From NCBI GenBank assembly GCA_030264375.1, contig JASCQW010000133.1, forward strand, positions 16,892,386-16,956,385: 64,000 bases of DNA. The letters are read 5' to 3'. The DNA comes from Carcharhinus longimanus (lineage: Eukaryota). Positions 1-13,024 of this stretch are shown here, piece after piece (within the stretch, counting starts at the first letter, position 1; each line of letters starts with the position of its first letter). The translations under genes and the position numbers were made by a program. Under the pieces are notes generated by a model. The model ran no database searches. It was not told the DNA's origin and worked only from the letters and a program-made list of their open reading frames with translations.

Positions 1-198
1 TTTGGTAAAGTGTTATTGGGCATAGCTTAAAGTTAGGAGTTTGAATGAATGGAGGACATTTATCCAAATTTTTTTTAGGAAGAGCTGGCAAAATCAGGTT
101 AATAGCAGAGATGGTAGAGTAGAAAACCATGGAAGATTATTTAAAAAGGACACAATAAACTTTATAAACTTTAATTAGAAAAGGAGATATGAGACTCT

Positions 199-480
199 GG
201 GGTGGCATGGCAGCATTGTGGTTAGCACTGCCAACTCACGACACCAGGGACCCGGGTTCACTTCCTGGCTTGGGTCACTGTTTGTGTGGAATTTGCAGAT
301 TCTCCCAGAGTCTGCGTAGGTTTCCTCCCAAATCCAAAGATGTGCAGGTTAGGTGAATTGGCCATGCTAAATTCTCCCTCAGTGTACCCAAACAGGGGCC
401 AGAGAGTGGTGACTAGGGGATTTTCACAGTAACTACATTGCAGTGTGAATGTAAGCCTACTTGTGACTTATAAGTAAACG
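199..480 (+). mobile_element. tRNA-derived V-SINE (HE1-like head) with alternative 3' tail
   Basis: A/B-box head (tggttagcactg...gggttcact), V-domain (ccaaagatgtgcaggttaggtg..attggccatgctaaatt) and tail ...gtaagcctacttgtgac, which also appears at 26228-26541 and 31322-31605. Confidence 0.85.
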
Positions 481-539
481 TTTATTTAATTATGGCAGGA
501 GAGCAATGTGTCCTTTGGAAGGGTAGGTTTAGATGGACC

Positions 540-730
540 TAGGGCGGTGAACCTGTGGAATTCTCTACCACAGAAGGCTGTGGATGCCAAATCACTGAAT
601 ATGTTTAGCTGTATAGACTCTAAAGATGTCCAGGGTTAAAGGGAGAGCACTGGTGTTGAGAGAGAGGCATCAGCCTTGTTGCAAGCATGAGGGACTGAAT
701 GGCTTACTCATGCTCCTATTTTCTATGTCT
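540..730 (+). mobile_element. CR1-type LINE 3' end fragment
   Basis: ggtgaacctgtggaattctctaccacagaaggctgtgg ... tgaatggcttactcatgctcctattttctatg, typical of a CR1 ORF2 end and 3'UTR. Confidence 0.75.
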
Positions 731-3700
731 CAATGTTTCTATTCCTGGTATTATTATGTACAAAGAGAGTTTATTGCTTCAACAGAAATGCATAAAGGAT
801 TGATACAGTAATCTCAGAGTCTTTAGCTGTTGGGCTTAATGCCCTTGAATGTGAGCATCTGAGTCCATATGTTAGTCATGAGAAGAATCACCAGACTAGT
901 GCATTGTTGAAGTGACTGCAACCGAACATAGCGAACGAAAGGATTCACTCATCAAACTTCTGTTATCTGGAAGCACAGCCACAGTTAGAAGGCCTTAATC
1001 AGTGATTGATGGACAGAGTCTGCAAATTCCAATCATGTAGGAATTGTGGAATGGATTGCTGTAAAACCATGCTTGTTGATATTGCAGTTTAGATATTATT
1101 GGCTTAGCCTCATTAACTCTTCCTTTGTGGACACTACTAATAGTGAGGGGTCTAAATTTATCTCAAGCGGAGAAGTATCATTAGAATGTGCCATAGTTTA
1201 GTAGGAAACAGCAGTGATATTTTCATTTGGATTCACTGGAATTAAAACACAAAGGAAAATATATAAGGCTATACAAATTCCTTAATTGGCCTAAGAAATG
1301 AGCATCTGCCATCTTAACATTTTGCATGTATTTTGAAATGCAGTGTTTTCCTAATTGGGAAATGGTGGTGTGAATTCTCAGCCATATGATAACAATTGGA
1401 GTACGTATCATGGCATACTGATATATGATAAAGTTAAAACGCAGTGTCTCCAATGTTATCTAGCAATGCTGCCCATTACCGTCACTGGATGGAATCTTCT
1501 AAAGAACTGGAATCTGATTTAAAATAATACGCATAGCACAATGATAAGCCGTAAACTAGCTTCAATATATTGAAGTTATCAATGATGAGGAATGAGTTTA
1601 TTTTGCTGTCTCTTAATTTAAACCTGGCACTTCATTAAAATATGGATCCTGAGAAAACAGCTGGCAGAAGAAACAGTTTTAGTGTCCATCTATGGATATT
1701 TAATATCCATCCATGGCTATGATTAATTGGAAAACAATCCATACGACTCTTAAATTAAAATATGTAAACGCACCCACGCAGAAAGTAAGTTTTATCCTTT
1801 CTGCGCTTTTCTGACAGCAGATTGCTTTATACTTTACCATTTTCTTATCCTTCCTATCCTGAAGTGCTGCTCATGGTGGATCATTGTTTGACATTCCACA
1901 GGCCTCAATAAGCCGTACTCAACCGGCTGCACATGTAAAACCACGAGCCAACTTATTGGCCTGTTGCAGCCAAATTAGATGAACTTCCTACTGTATTCAC
2001 TTACCTGATGGCTCACTTGAGAGCAGCCAGGAATAAGAATACTGGCTGGTTTTTAAAAACTTCCTTAACCAAAGGATGCTAAAATCATTGTTGTGCGATT
2101 ACTGTCATCCCATCTGAAATAAGCTAATCCAGACTGGGCCAAGGATCGTCGTCATAAATCGGCCAGAATGGATGGCTCAATGTTGCACCAAACCACATTG
2201 TATAATTACATAACAGGCCATTCAGGGAGTTTAATATTCAAAACATCGCCAACCTGTGACAGCATTAATTAAATTTCTGGGGGCTATTTTTACCAAATAC
2301 ATCAGGTGCTAAACAATCCCTATGTTGGCTAAGATGGGATACAACACCTGAGCGTAATCTGTCATTTTAGTGAAGGAATTTACCTGCCCTGCCACCCCAA
2401 AAGGGATGATCAATTAAAGAGGTTTCAAAGCTCATTATGCAGGCTGAATTTCATCTTGCTGGTTAGTATGGCAATTAATGATCTCTTCTGAGTGACCAGT
2501 TGAGCAAGGGTAAAAAAAACTGCATTTGTGAGAATTGCAAGTGTTACATAAAGCCATCCTCAGTTCTCATTGTTCATTTGTCAACTGACAAGGCTGCATT
2601 TCAAGAGGACTTTTGATACACATTGTGAACTTTCTAGAACACTGTGTCAAGACTTTGCCAACACCCTACCGACTTTTATTCTGGAATTTTTCTGGAGGGA
2701 ATAAGTACTCTGTTACTCTATAGGAGTCAGCAGGAGAACGAAATCCTGCGAGGGGGCCCCCTTGATCCCAGAAAGAATAAGATGAGGAGTTGAGCGAGGC
2801 CGATGAGTTGACCAGGGAGCACCATGGGTTCCAGATAGATTACCCACATCTGGGAGGGACACTTGCCACCATCTAATTCAAGACTACCTTTGAGAGATGT
2901 CCCCCTTCAAACGTGGAGCGCATTTCACATTCCATGACTGAAGATTCATTAGCTGCACTCAATTCTTTCAATCCCTTCTCCATAAAGAATGCAGTTCTAC
3001 CACTGCACAATTACAATAATCACACTGTATCTACAGTAAAAACTATGAAAACCTAATAAAATCATCAGCACTTACAAATATTAAATATTTGTGAATATTA
3101 AACTATTTACTCTGCTGTTTAACTCGCGTGACTATCCTTTCAGTACTCTTGCCTACTCTGGTGCTGCTGTGATGTGCAACCCAAGTGGTAGCAGCAAGCA
3201 AGGTTGTGGGTTGCAGCTTAGATACCCACCTACAATGTCCTTGAGAAGCTATACAGTGAATGTTGGTGACTCAGTCTGCACTGTCTCAGATTGAGCTTAA
3301 GCTGTCGGGACCATTAGGCTGACAGGTAACAGCCAGGGTTATGGTGGAGCCATGGGAGAGAGAGCGAAGGAATGCTGTCATTTGGAGAATGACTAATGGG
3401 TTGCTTCTCCATGGTTTTCATGTCAGTATATTGAGACATCTGTCCAGCGTGTCTAGTGCTTTGCTGGAGGGTAGATTGCTGGAAGGCTGAGACACTCTGC
3501 AAGTCCCATTTCATAAGAACATAAGTTTCAGCCACACAACCCAGACAGCAGCTGCCTGAGCCTCCAATGCAGATTTTTGCCATTCCATTGAAGATGGTAG
3601 TAATACAATGAAATCCATTTGGTCTTCCATTGCATTACTTTACAAACCATTTGGCATTCTGTGGAAGCTGCCATGACTGTCATGGAAACTGTGACCTCAG

Positions 3701-3751
3701 TTCTGAAACTGTCAGAAATTGTATGGTAATAGGCTTGAAGGATGCATTAAC

Positions 3752-3935
3752 AGCATGGTTGCACAGCGATTAGCTCTGCTGCCTCACAGCACCTGGGTTC
3801 AATTCCGGTCTTGGGTCACTGTCTACGTGGAGTTTGCATGTTCTCCCCATGTCTGCGTGAGTTTCCCCTGAGTGCTCTGGTTTCCTCCCACACTCCAAAG
3901 ATATGCAGTTTAGGTGGATTGGCCAAATTGTCCCT
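3752..3935 (+). mobile_element. V-SINE (HE1-like), 3'-truncated
   Basis: gctgcctcacagc...gggttcaattccgg...gtggagtttgcatgttctcccc...ccaaagatatgcagtttagg. Confidence 0.85.
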
Positions 3936-4714
3936 CAGATTGTGTGTGTGGGAGTGTGGCTACACTTGATGTGGTGTAGTGTCCCTCAAGCGATAGGCCT
4001 CTGGTAATCTGTTTCACAAATAAATAGCTGTAGAAACAGACAAAAGGCTGACTGTGAACCACCAGATACAGAAAGGCTGACAGAGAGACAGTGAATAAAA
4101 TTTCTGCATTTATAATTGCAGATTAATTTTGCATGGAAGAGGGGAACGTTATGACACCGATAGAACATTCTCACTCGATACGTTCCACAGGATACATACT
4201 GGAAGAAATACACTTTATAATGTGTAATGCAACTCACAGTGTAACGTTGCGTGTTCCTGCAATAGTTACTAGATAATTTTATATACAATTTACACAATAA
4301 TAATCATTTCAATAGAGTGGACTAGACAAAATTACACAATCATTTCCTGGTTCGCAGTTTTGGAATAATCATGTACATGTACCAAACTGTAGAACTGTCA
4401 CATAAACAGAATGAGGAATATGAGGACATTTTGGGGAATACTGCATCATGAACACAGGGAGATGTATCTGAGTGCCAGTATACCTGGGTGTATATCAGAT
4501 TCAGATCTTTCATTGCCTCAATTCTATTCTCTATGAATTATAAATGTTACAATATTATATTCTCACTGTTCCAATTCTAATCCCGCACCTATTAGCGCAC
4601 TAAGGTAGACTTTCNNNNNNNNNNNNNNNNNNNNNNNNNNNNNNNNNNNNNNNNNNNNNNNNNNNNNNNNNNNNNNNNNNNNNNNNNNNNNNNNNNNNNN
4701 NNNNNNNNNNNNNN

Positions 4715-4840
4715 ATGTTAAATTTCCCCTTAGTGTCAGAGGGATTAGCAGGGCAAATACCTGTGGTTACGGGGAAAGGGCCTGGGTGGGATTGTTGTCA
4801 GTGCAGGCTTGATGGGCCAAATTGTCTCCTTCTGCATTAC
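4715..4840 (+). mobile_element. HE1 SINE 3' half next to a gap
   Basis: aaatttccccttagtgtcagagggattagcaggg...gatgggccaaat, matching the other HE1 copies. Confidence 0.75.
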
Positions 4841-5765
4841 ATGTATCAATATGGATATAATTAACCAGCTTCTGCAGGTTGGAGAAGATGGGCTCCAAGC
4901 TCTTCATCAGGCAAGGGGCTACACTCGTGGTGGACTCCTCCATCCCTTGACTAACAAACCATAAGTTTTTAGACAGACTGTTCATTGCACCGAGAATTTG
5001 GTTTGTCAAAGTGAATAGCCTTTTTCTGAAGGTTGGCCTTGTGAGGTCATCATCTGACTCCTCCACAGCAAAAGTTGTGGCGCACTCCTTGGCTAGGTGG
5101 CACCTGTTGTGTCCCCACCACCTGGCCCAGCATTAGTTGTACAGTCCATCCATTGTTAGGATTCATATTGTAACCTAGCTTCAAAGTTACACATGGTGCT
5201 GGTCTCTGAGCTGGTGCCATGACAGTTGTAGCAATTGACGCCATGCTTTCTACCTTCATCTACTACTGTTACTTCTCCCATGGGATGGGGGTGAGAACAC
5301 ACAAGTTGGCTGTTAGTTCTCTTTCGGTTTCACCAGGGGCATGATGTGGATTTTGTTCCTTAGGAACCTGGATGATAAAGCTCGAAGAATCACAATGCAG
5401 TGCAGGTGGTCACTCTATGAGAATGTATGTAATGAGACCATATGGAGGTTGTAAGTGAGGATTGCTGGGATAGATTTGTGAGCTGGAATTATTGTGGATC
5501 GGTGAGGATGTTGCAGTGGCATATATCTCCAGATGAGATGCACCCTGCTCTGTCTATGATCATGCTGTGTGCCAGTCTCTTCCCAATTTTCACCAGCATT
5601 GTTTCTTCAAGGAAATCCACAAGGGTGTGCCTGTCCGCCACTGATCGGATCCAATTCATATTTGTTATGTGTTAGCTTGATCTGGAAGGGAAAGCGAAAT
5701 GATTGTGAATGAGTCCATTGGAGGGTGTGCTTGTGTGATGTCTCTCATGGTTAAAGAGCTGTAAG

Positions 5766-5812
5766 ATGCTTCTGCGACATTTGGCTAAGATCAAGCGTAG
5801 TACCTTGTCCTT
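5766..5812 (+). pseudogene. U2 snRNA 5'-end fragment (pseudogene or TE-associated)
   Basis: ATGCTTCTGCGACATTTGGCTAAGATCAAGCGTAGTA resembles U2 nt 1-38 (ATCGCTTCTCGGCCTTTTGGCTAAGATCAAGTGTAGTA), including the branch-pairing GTAGTA. A second piece, GCCTTTTGGCTAAGA, lies at 5881-5895. Confidence 0.7.
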
Positions 5813-6225
5813 CACTTAATAGAAGTTAATGGGGTTACACTGAAGCTTCATTTGAAGCAATTTTTTATGAAACCATCTAAGCCTTTTGGCTAAGAGGAAA
5901 CTCAGATCAAGCCCATGAGGAAGTCTAATGCCTGCTCCTATCAACTCGGATCTTGTTGATTGAGCCCAAGATAGGATTAATAAGACCTTTCTTGTCAGCT
6001 TGGATCGGTCATATCTCTCCTGTAGGGACTTTGACTGAGCCAATTTGGTTTTTTTATTGGAAATAAAAAAATGTGTCTTAAGTGGTCGTAGTGGTTATGA
6101 AGGATGTGACATTGTGAGTTGTGTGAATGTCAGTGTATGGTTAGTTGGTGGATACAACATGTCAACGTTGTAATGTTGGTGTTGGTGAAAGGTTGAGAAG
6201 TGTGTTTGTGGAAAAAGGATCTTAG

Positions 6226-6452
6226 CTTGACCACTTGCATCAAACTGTTACGTTTTTAGCAGACTTGGTGCTATGTCCTGGGGAAATGCCCATGACTGTG
6301 CCCTTCTGGGTTATCTCCTCCCACATCTGCCACATCCGATGCTTCTGTGGTCTTTTTCCCCCTGCAGGTACAACACATTCCCTCCTCTGCTGTGCCTCCT
6401 CCGCCAGTGCCACCTCTGAATCTATCTGACCTCTCTCTCATTGCTGAGCCAT
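6226..6452 (-). mobile_element. Decayed Myb/SANT-like ORF of a PIF/Harbinger-type DNA transposon
   Basis: Minus-strand translation with stops and a frameshift (ALAEEAQQRRECVVPAGGKRPQ..WQMWEEIT...PRT*HQVC*KRNSLMQVVK) follows the LxEEV..RR...WEEI...PRT..QC.KK.NDL pattern. Confidence 0.5.
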
Positions 6453-7136
6453 TGTTTGTCAAACCTTGCACTGCACACTTTCAGTGGAACTGTGTTTGTG
6501 GAGGCAGCGTGTAGCTGCTTCAGTAAAATTACTGCTAACCAGAGCTTGAGTGCTCTCATGCAGATCGCCAATTAGTGCTTCCAGGCATGTTTAAATCAAG
6601 GTAATCAGCAATTAGCTCCAAGATTCAGACCTAAAACCAGACGTTTAAAGGGTTCTGTCTTATTAGCACAGCACCCAACTAGCATCTGTTTCCACCTTTT
6701 TTCCAAAAAAATCCCCTCGGTGCTTCTGCACAGTAACAAGTCAGATTATCACCAAAGATGCAGCCCAATATTTGAATCATACAAGAACAATGATGTTGTA
6801 TATGTGCTCTATCTGTTGTGTCCACAGAGGATCTTCTGGTTGTAAGTTGAAGGTTGGATAAACCTTGGCAGAAGTTGTGAAGAGGTGTCCAGAAGAAAAG
6901 ATGAATTGGCAGGCTATTTTTCTTTCTTTATGTTCTTCTGTCTGCCCTTTTTTCAGTTACACTTCTGAGTTTGGCTAAATCTTTAGTGAACAGTGGCAGT
7001 CGTATTTACTTCAGAACAGTTGCTCAGTCTGAAGGGTGTGCTTACATCGTGGAGAAATTTAGTTGCATTTGAAATAATCATATTCATTTTAGTACGGAAC
7101 CAGGTGTCTGTTAGTTGGTGACATTGGCCTTTTACG

Positions 7137-8545
7137 TGAACATTTGAACATATGAAATTGGAGCCGGGGTAGGCCATTCGGCCCCTCGAGCCTGTTCTGC
7201 CATTCAATAAGATCATGGTTGATTTGTTTGTGTTTCAAGTTCCGCATTCCCCGCTAACCTTTGATTCCCTTGCCTAACCAAAATCTATCTGCCTCCTCCA
7301 TAAAAATATTCAATGACCCTGCTTCTACCACCTTCTGAGGCAAGTGTCCCAAAGCCACACAACCCTCAGAGAGAAAAGATTTTTCCTCACCTAAATGGAC
7401 AACCCGTAACTTTGAAACAGTGCCCCTTAGTTTTGGATTCATCCACAAGAAGAAACATCCTTTAACGTCCACCTTGTCAAGAACATTCAGGATCTTATAT
7501 ACTTTAATCAAATCATTTCTTCATTCTTCTAGCCTCCAGGGGAAGGAAGCCCAGTCTGTCTAACCCTTCCTCATGAGACAACACACTCTTTCCAGGGATC
7601 AATTGGGCAGCATGTTGGCAAAGTGGTTAACACTGCTGCCCCAGAACACCAGGGATCTGGGTTCAATTCCCAACTTGGGTCTCTGTCCATGTGGAGTTTG
7701 CACATTCTTCTCATGTCCACATGGGTTTCCTTTGGGTGCTCTAGTTTCCTCCCACATTCCAAAGATGTGTGGGTTAGGTTGAATGGCAATGTTAAATTGA
7801 CCCTAGTGTCAGGGGATTAGCAGGGTTACTGTGTGGCATTGAGGGAATAGGGTCTGGGTGGGATTATGGTTAGTGCAGACTCAATGGGCCAATGGCCTCC
7901 TTCTGCGCTATAGGAATTCTATAATCTAAACCTCCTCTGAAGCATTTATATCCTTCCTTAAATAAAGAGACCAAAATATTCAAGATGTGGTCTCACCAAT
8001 TCACTGGAAAACTGAAGCGCAACATCCTTACTTTTAGTTCAATTCTTTACAAAATAAAGAAAAGCATTCTATTAGCCTTCTTAATTACTTGCTGTACCTG
8101 CATGCTAATGTTTTGTGACTCATGCATTGGAAGACCAAGATCCCACTGCAACTTAAAATTCTGCATCTGTTTTCAGTTTAAATAATACTTTGTTTCTTTA
8201 TTCTCCCTGCCAAAATGAACAACTTTACATTTTCCCACATTACATTGCATCTGCCATATTTTTACCCACTCACTCAACTTCTTTATAGTCATCTGCAAAC
8301 TTCTTATGTCCCATTCACAACATGCTTCCCTGCCTATCTTTGTGTAGTCTGCAATTTTTGCTACCATATCTTCATTCCCCCCATCAAAGTAATTGATATA
8401 AATTGTAAAATGTTGAGGCCCTAGTACAGACACCTGCTGGACTCCACTTGTCACACCCTGCCAATCAGGAAAACACCCATTTATGTATACTCTCTTTCCT
8501 GTCAATCAGACAATCTTATATCCATGCTAATATGTTATCCATTAC
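7137..8545 (-). mobile_element. CR1/HER1 LINE 3' fragment (RT C-terminus plus 3'UTR), interrupted by an HE1 SINE
   Basis: Minus ORFs GVTSGVQQVSVLGPQHFTIYIN...KIADYTKIG...WQMQCNVGKCKVVHFGREN and IKVYKILNVLDKVD. Confidence 0.92.
7604..7927 (+). mobile_element. Full-length HE1 V-SINE nested in CR1
   Basis: tRNA-like head, V-domain and CR1-like tail gggccaatggcctccttctgcgctataggaattctata. Confidence 0.9.
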
Positions 8546-9132
8546 CCCATTGGGGTGATCTTACCAAAAGATTGTAATTGCTGAATGAGCATGAAAATGG
8601 GAGAGAATTGTGCCAATTTTTTGGGCAAATTAACAGTTCAATCTGACCACACACAAAGCAAAATATTGCTAAACCAGTTTTCCACCAGCAGGGAGAGGGG
8701 ACGTAGCCTAAGCTCACCCCAAAGCTGGCAGCTCACAGCACAGGGTGCAAGAAACAATACTTTTCACTGTATGTTAATATATGTTACAATAATAAATGAA
8801 ATCAAATAACAAATCAAATCAATAACTTTGTCCCAATAAAACTTTTAAGGATACTGATGGATGTGTGTATAGTAGCTTGGTATCCAGAGAGAGAGCAGAT
8901 AATCATTATCATGTGAGCAAAATGGAAACATTTTGGTTTTCCCCCACTTTATTTTCCGGTCAGAATCTTATTTTTGTGATAAAAATGTCTCATCTTACAT
9001 TTTTGTTAATAGTTCTTTGGTCGTATGTGCTAAAGGCAAGGCTTCATTTATTGATCATTCCTCGTTTGCCTGAGTGGCAGAGGGATTATAAATCAATCAC
9101 ATAAAATGGGATTAGAGTTAGATATTGGTCAG

Positions 9133-9350
9133 AATGAAACCAAAAGAGAAAATGCTGGATTATTTCAGCAGACTTGGCAGCATCTGTAAAGAGAGAAAAG
9201 AGCTAAACTGAGATGACGGTCATCTGGGTCATCTGGACTTGAAACGTCAGCTCTTTTCTCTCCTTGCAGATGCTGCCAGACCTGCTGATATTTTCCAACA
9301 TTTTCACTTTTGGTTCCAGATTCCAGTATCCGCAGTAATTTGCTTTTACT
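9133..9350. mobile_element. Penelope-like terminal-repeat fragment in inverted (palindromic) arrangement
   Basis: aaccaaaagagaaaatgctgg...gcagcatctgtaaagagagaaaagagct and its reverse complement flank a central AGATGACgGTCATCT. Same family at 32365-32540. Confidence 0.65.
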
Positions 9351-9439
9351 TTGGAAAGAAGGAGCACAGATGACAAATTCCTTTCCCTGAAGGATGCTAA
9401 TAAACCAACTGTATCTTTCATAACCATCATATACAGTGT

Positions 9440-10003
9440 TTGGATTGTTTTGGGTTGTTTTCATTGGAACAGAGAAGAGAGAGGGGTGACCTGATTGAGG
9501 TGTACAAGATTATGAAGGGCATGGGCAGAATGGATAGGGAGCAGCTGTTTCCCTTAGTTAAAGGGTTAGTCACAAGGGGACATAAGTTCAAGGTGAGGGG
9601 CAAGAGGCTTTGGGGGGATGTGAAGAATAATGTTTCTACTCAGAGAGTAGTGGTAGTCTGGAACATGCTGCCTGGAATGGTGGTAGAGGTGGGTTACTTC
9701 ACATCTTTTAAAAAGTACTGGGATGAGCACCTGTCATGTTATAACACTCCAGGCTATGGGACAAGAGCTGGTAAATGCGATTAGTGGGAGTTCAGAGGTG
9801 GGATCTTATGGCCTCGTTCAACCCAAGACCAGAAAGTCCCACCTGAGGTCAACAGACCATCCCATTGTCCGCCCCTCACCCACTCTAATTTGCATGGCAG
9901 GCAGGATGGTAGAATTCCAGCATGGATGTATCTCGCATGCTGATGCAGACTCAATGGGCTAAAGGGCTTCTTCGGCACTGTATGATTCTATAATTCCATG
10001 ATT
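9440..10003 (+). mobile_element. CR1 LINE 3' end
   Basis: ORF GLFSLEQRRERGDLIEVYKIMKG...TRGHKFKV...TQRVVVVWNMLP; tail atgggctaaagggc...gattctataattccatgatt. Confidence 0.92.
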
Positions 10004-11519
10004 CACAACAGAAATTTTAAAATACTGGCACCTGGCTGTGGTATTTTATGCAAATCAACACAACAAAGTACTTTGGAAACCTATAATTACTGTGCAGTGA
10101 ATTTAATGAGTCATTGAACAAAAATATCCATAGTTACTGCCTCATAATGAAATTCAAACTGCAGGGATTGAAATTCCACAGAGTGGTATTTTACTGCAAT
10201 GTTTCATTTCAAACTAATTACCAAAATTGTTAAAATAACACCCACAGGAAATTTTTGTGAGCACTTTAATGTGTTAATCATAGCACTTTGTTGAATGTTA
10301 TGCCCATTATGATTCTATGTTCCATTTTTAAAACTATTTCACAACACAACCATAATGTAAGGTATGAGATTGTCTCTAAGGGACAAAGACAAGCACCATT
10401 TTCATTCATAAACAGAGCATAATTGTTTTTGCATAGATAACAGAACAACTGCAAACAACCTCTACTTGCGCAAAATTTACTTCTGTTCCACTAAGACAAG
10501 AATTGCTGTTTTAATCTATGTCTTGCTCATAGATTTCTATAGTATATCAAAATAAATTTCAGGTTCTGAGTAAGCAAATGCCAATGCTGTGTTCATAGGT
10601 CCAAGAGAGCAAGGTTTTCCATTACAATAAAATAACACTGACAATTCTGATTCAAATGTCCTCAAATAAGTGATTGATCTTTTAAAGAATGGTGACTTGT
10701 GTCATGTAGCCATTTTTTCCCACAAGTATGTCCTATAGACAGTGAATGGTGAATAACAAGTTAGTCTACTTACTTGGCTACAATGATCTAGGGCAGAAAG
10801 TTATGTGGGCACGTATTGAACCTCATTCTCTTCTTCAGTTAGTGTGGTAGGATCATAATTATTCACTGGACCAGCGGAACAAGCACATACGAACTTGGCT
10901 TAAAAGCTGAACAAAATGTAGCACTCCAATGCATTAACCATAACATTCAACTCTTTTGAAAATACCTGGATCTGCATCTTCAATTCTGTAAGCTACAGTG
11001 GTATGGACCTGGTGCAAGAAGGTGGGATGAGAAAAGGGCATTTGGGTGTTATTGGGCCAGCATGGACAAGCTGGGCCAAATAGCCCCCTCTGTGCTGTAA
11101 CTTTTCTATAGTTATATAAATGGCCTTATCTGCCCAAGACAATACAAAATTTGGAACAGGCTTTAAGTCCCATGCCAGTTACTGAGCTGTACTAAACCTA
11201 ATTTTACTCTCTTTGTGGTAGAATTTTTTTTGCATTGCAATAAACTCTGACATTTTGATCAATACTATCCTTTAATTTCACTAGTGTTGGAAGCTTCATT
11301 CTGCACCAATATTAACGTGATTTTAAACATTGTGCACAAGGCATGTTCTTTGTGTGTACAATCTTTCATTCCTATTGGCATGTCTTGTGATCATTGTTTT
11401 GGTGTCACTGTTTGCCACTGTAAATTCAGGTCAACATTTTCCATTCAATTTTGCTATGTAATTTGTTATATTGTAATTACACCCTCTGGGTAGCAAGTGG
11501 CTCTGTGATACAAAGTCCT

Positions 11520-12973
11520 CAGGCCTGATTTTTAACTGGTGACCAAGGCATGAGTGTGTTCGGGAATGACAAAATCTTTGAATATTTGTGCACTGTTTTC
11601 AAATTGGAAGTGCTTCCTCATCCCATTCTCTTCTTGTGGCTTTTTTCATGATCTGGAAAGGCCAATAATCATGATCCTGCGGGCACATTTTTTGAAGTCA
11701 GCATCACCCCCACCTCCCCCGCATCCCCACTTCCCCTACCATTCTATTTTCAAAGGCTGGCAGGTTTGGAAGTTCTAAAACAATCTGCCTCGATGGAAAA
11801 TTTGTGACTATTGAGGGAAGCCTGCTGAAAAGTCGAGAGCATTCTGATGGCTAAGTATTGAATGTTTTGACAGCTTCAAAAGTCATTAATAAATAATATT
11901 ATAATATTGCTATGCATTAACTACATTGACATATCATTGTGTGCTGTCCTGAAAACATGTAAAGACCTTTACATTGACCAACATGTGATGATTTGGGTAC
12001 TTTAGTGCTTTTGTGCAATTAAACCCAAAAGAAATACTGCTTGGAACCTCTCATGTAATGATCTAAAATGCTTTAAATAACCAGAGGCCTTTTAAATTGA
12101 GAAAAAAAACTTCAGCAGCTTACACTAAGATAATAAAGCAGCCAACTGCCCCCTATACTGCTTCAATGGACAAGACAGCTGATGTAACTTAGAAAAAAGA
12201 CAATTTGGATTTCAGTTACAATTGTCTGTATTGTTTACTATTTCCAGGATCCGTTATCACAGCTATGAATGCTTGGCTGAGCTTCAAAAATTGTGAAAGC
12301 ACAGACTGACCGCTTGTAGTTTTTTAATTTTAATATTTTTGTATATTTGAGATCTTTTTCAAAATGAGGCCTGTTTGAATTACATCTTTATTAAATTGTT
12401 AGAAATTTATTTTAATGTCTATTTCAAAGCATCCGGGGGCCATCAGCAGATGCTGAGTGTTTCATTGAGTGAGTAAGTGGATGACACATGGAGGGCCTGG
12501 TAGGGGCATGAAGAGCATTAAGGAGGTGAAGGGGCATAAGGAAGCATGTAAGGGCATGGGGATTATGACTGGGCATGGAGCGGGAATGGGCCATATGGAG
12601 GCATGGAGGAAGCATGTGAACATGAGGGGGCATGGGATATGAGGGCCATGGGTGTCACATATGGTAGACGAAGGGCTCTGAAAGGGGCATGGGGAATAGA
12701 TGGACAGCGAGGGGTGAGATGCAAGGTTTCAAGGTCATAGAATGATTTTGAGAGCTGGGCTGTTGTCTCCAACAACTAATGTGGGCCTTCTAACCAGTCT
12801 TGCTCCCACAGATCCCACACACTGCATTGCGGCTCACTAAACACAATCCTTCCCTACTGCATTTCTCAGAAACAGATATATGGCAGAAATTGAGTTGGGA
12901 GGCCAGCTGATGTTTCAGAAGTCACGAAAGGACATAACTGTGTTTCACAAGCCACAATGAAAAATTAGGCCCT
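11520..12973. mobile_element. Putative non-autonomous TIR DNA transposon (Harbinger-like MITE)
   Basis: The ends GGCCTGATTTT and AAAATTAGGCC are inverted. An internal degenerate GGGCATG-rich tract lies at about 12480-12720. Confidence 0.4.
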
Positions 12974-13024
12974 CATCGCTTGGCCAACTCCATCATCATT
13001 GTGTGCATAAATAAACAAAAGAAT

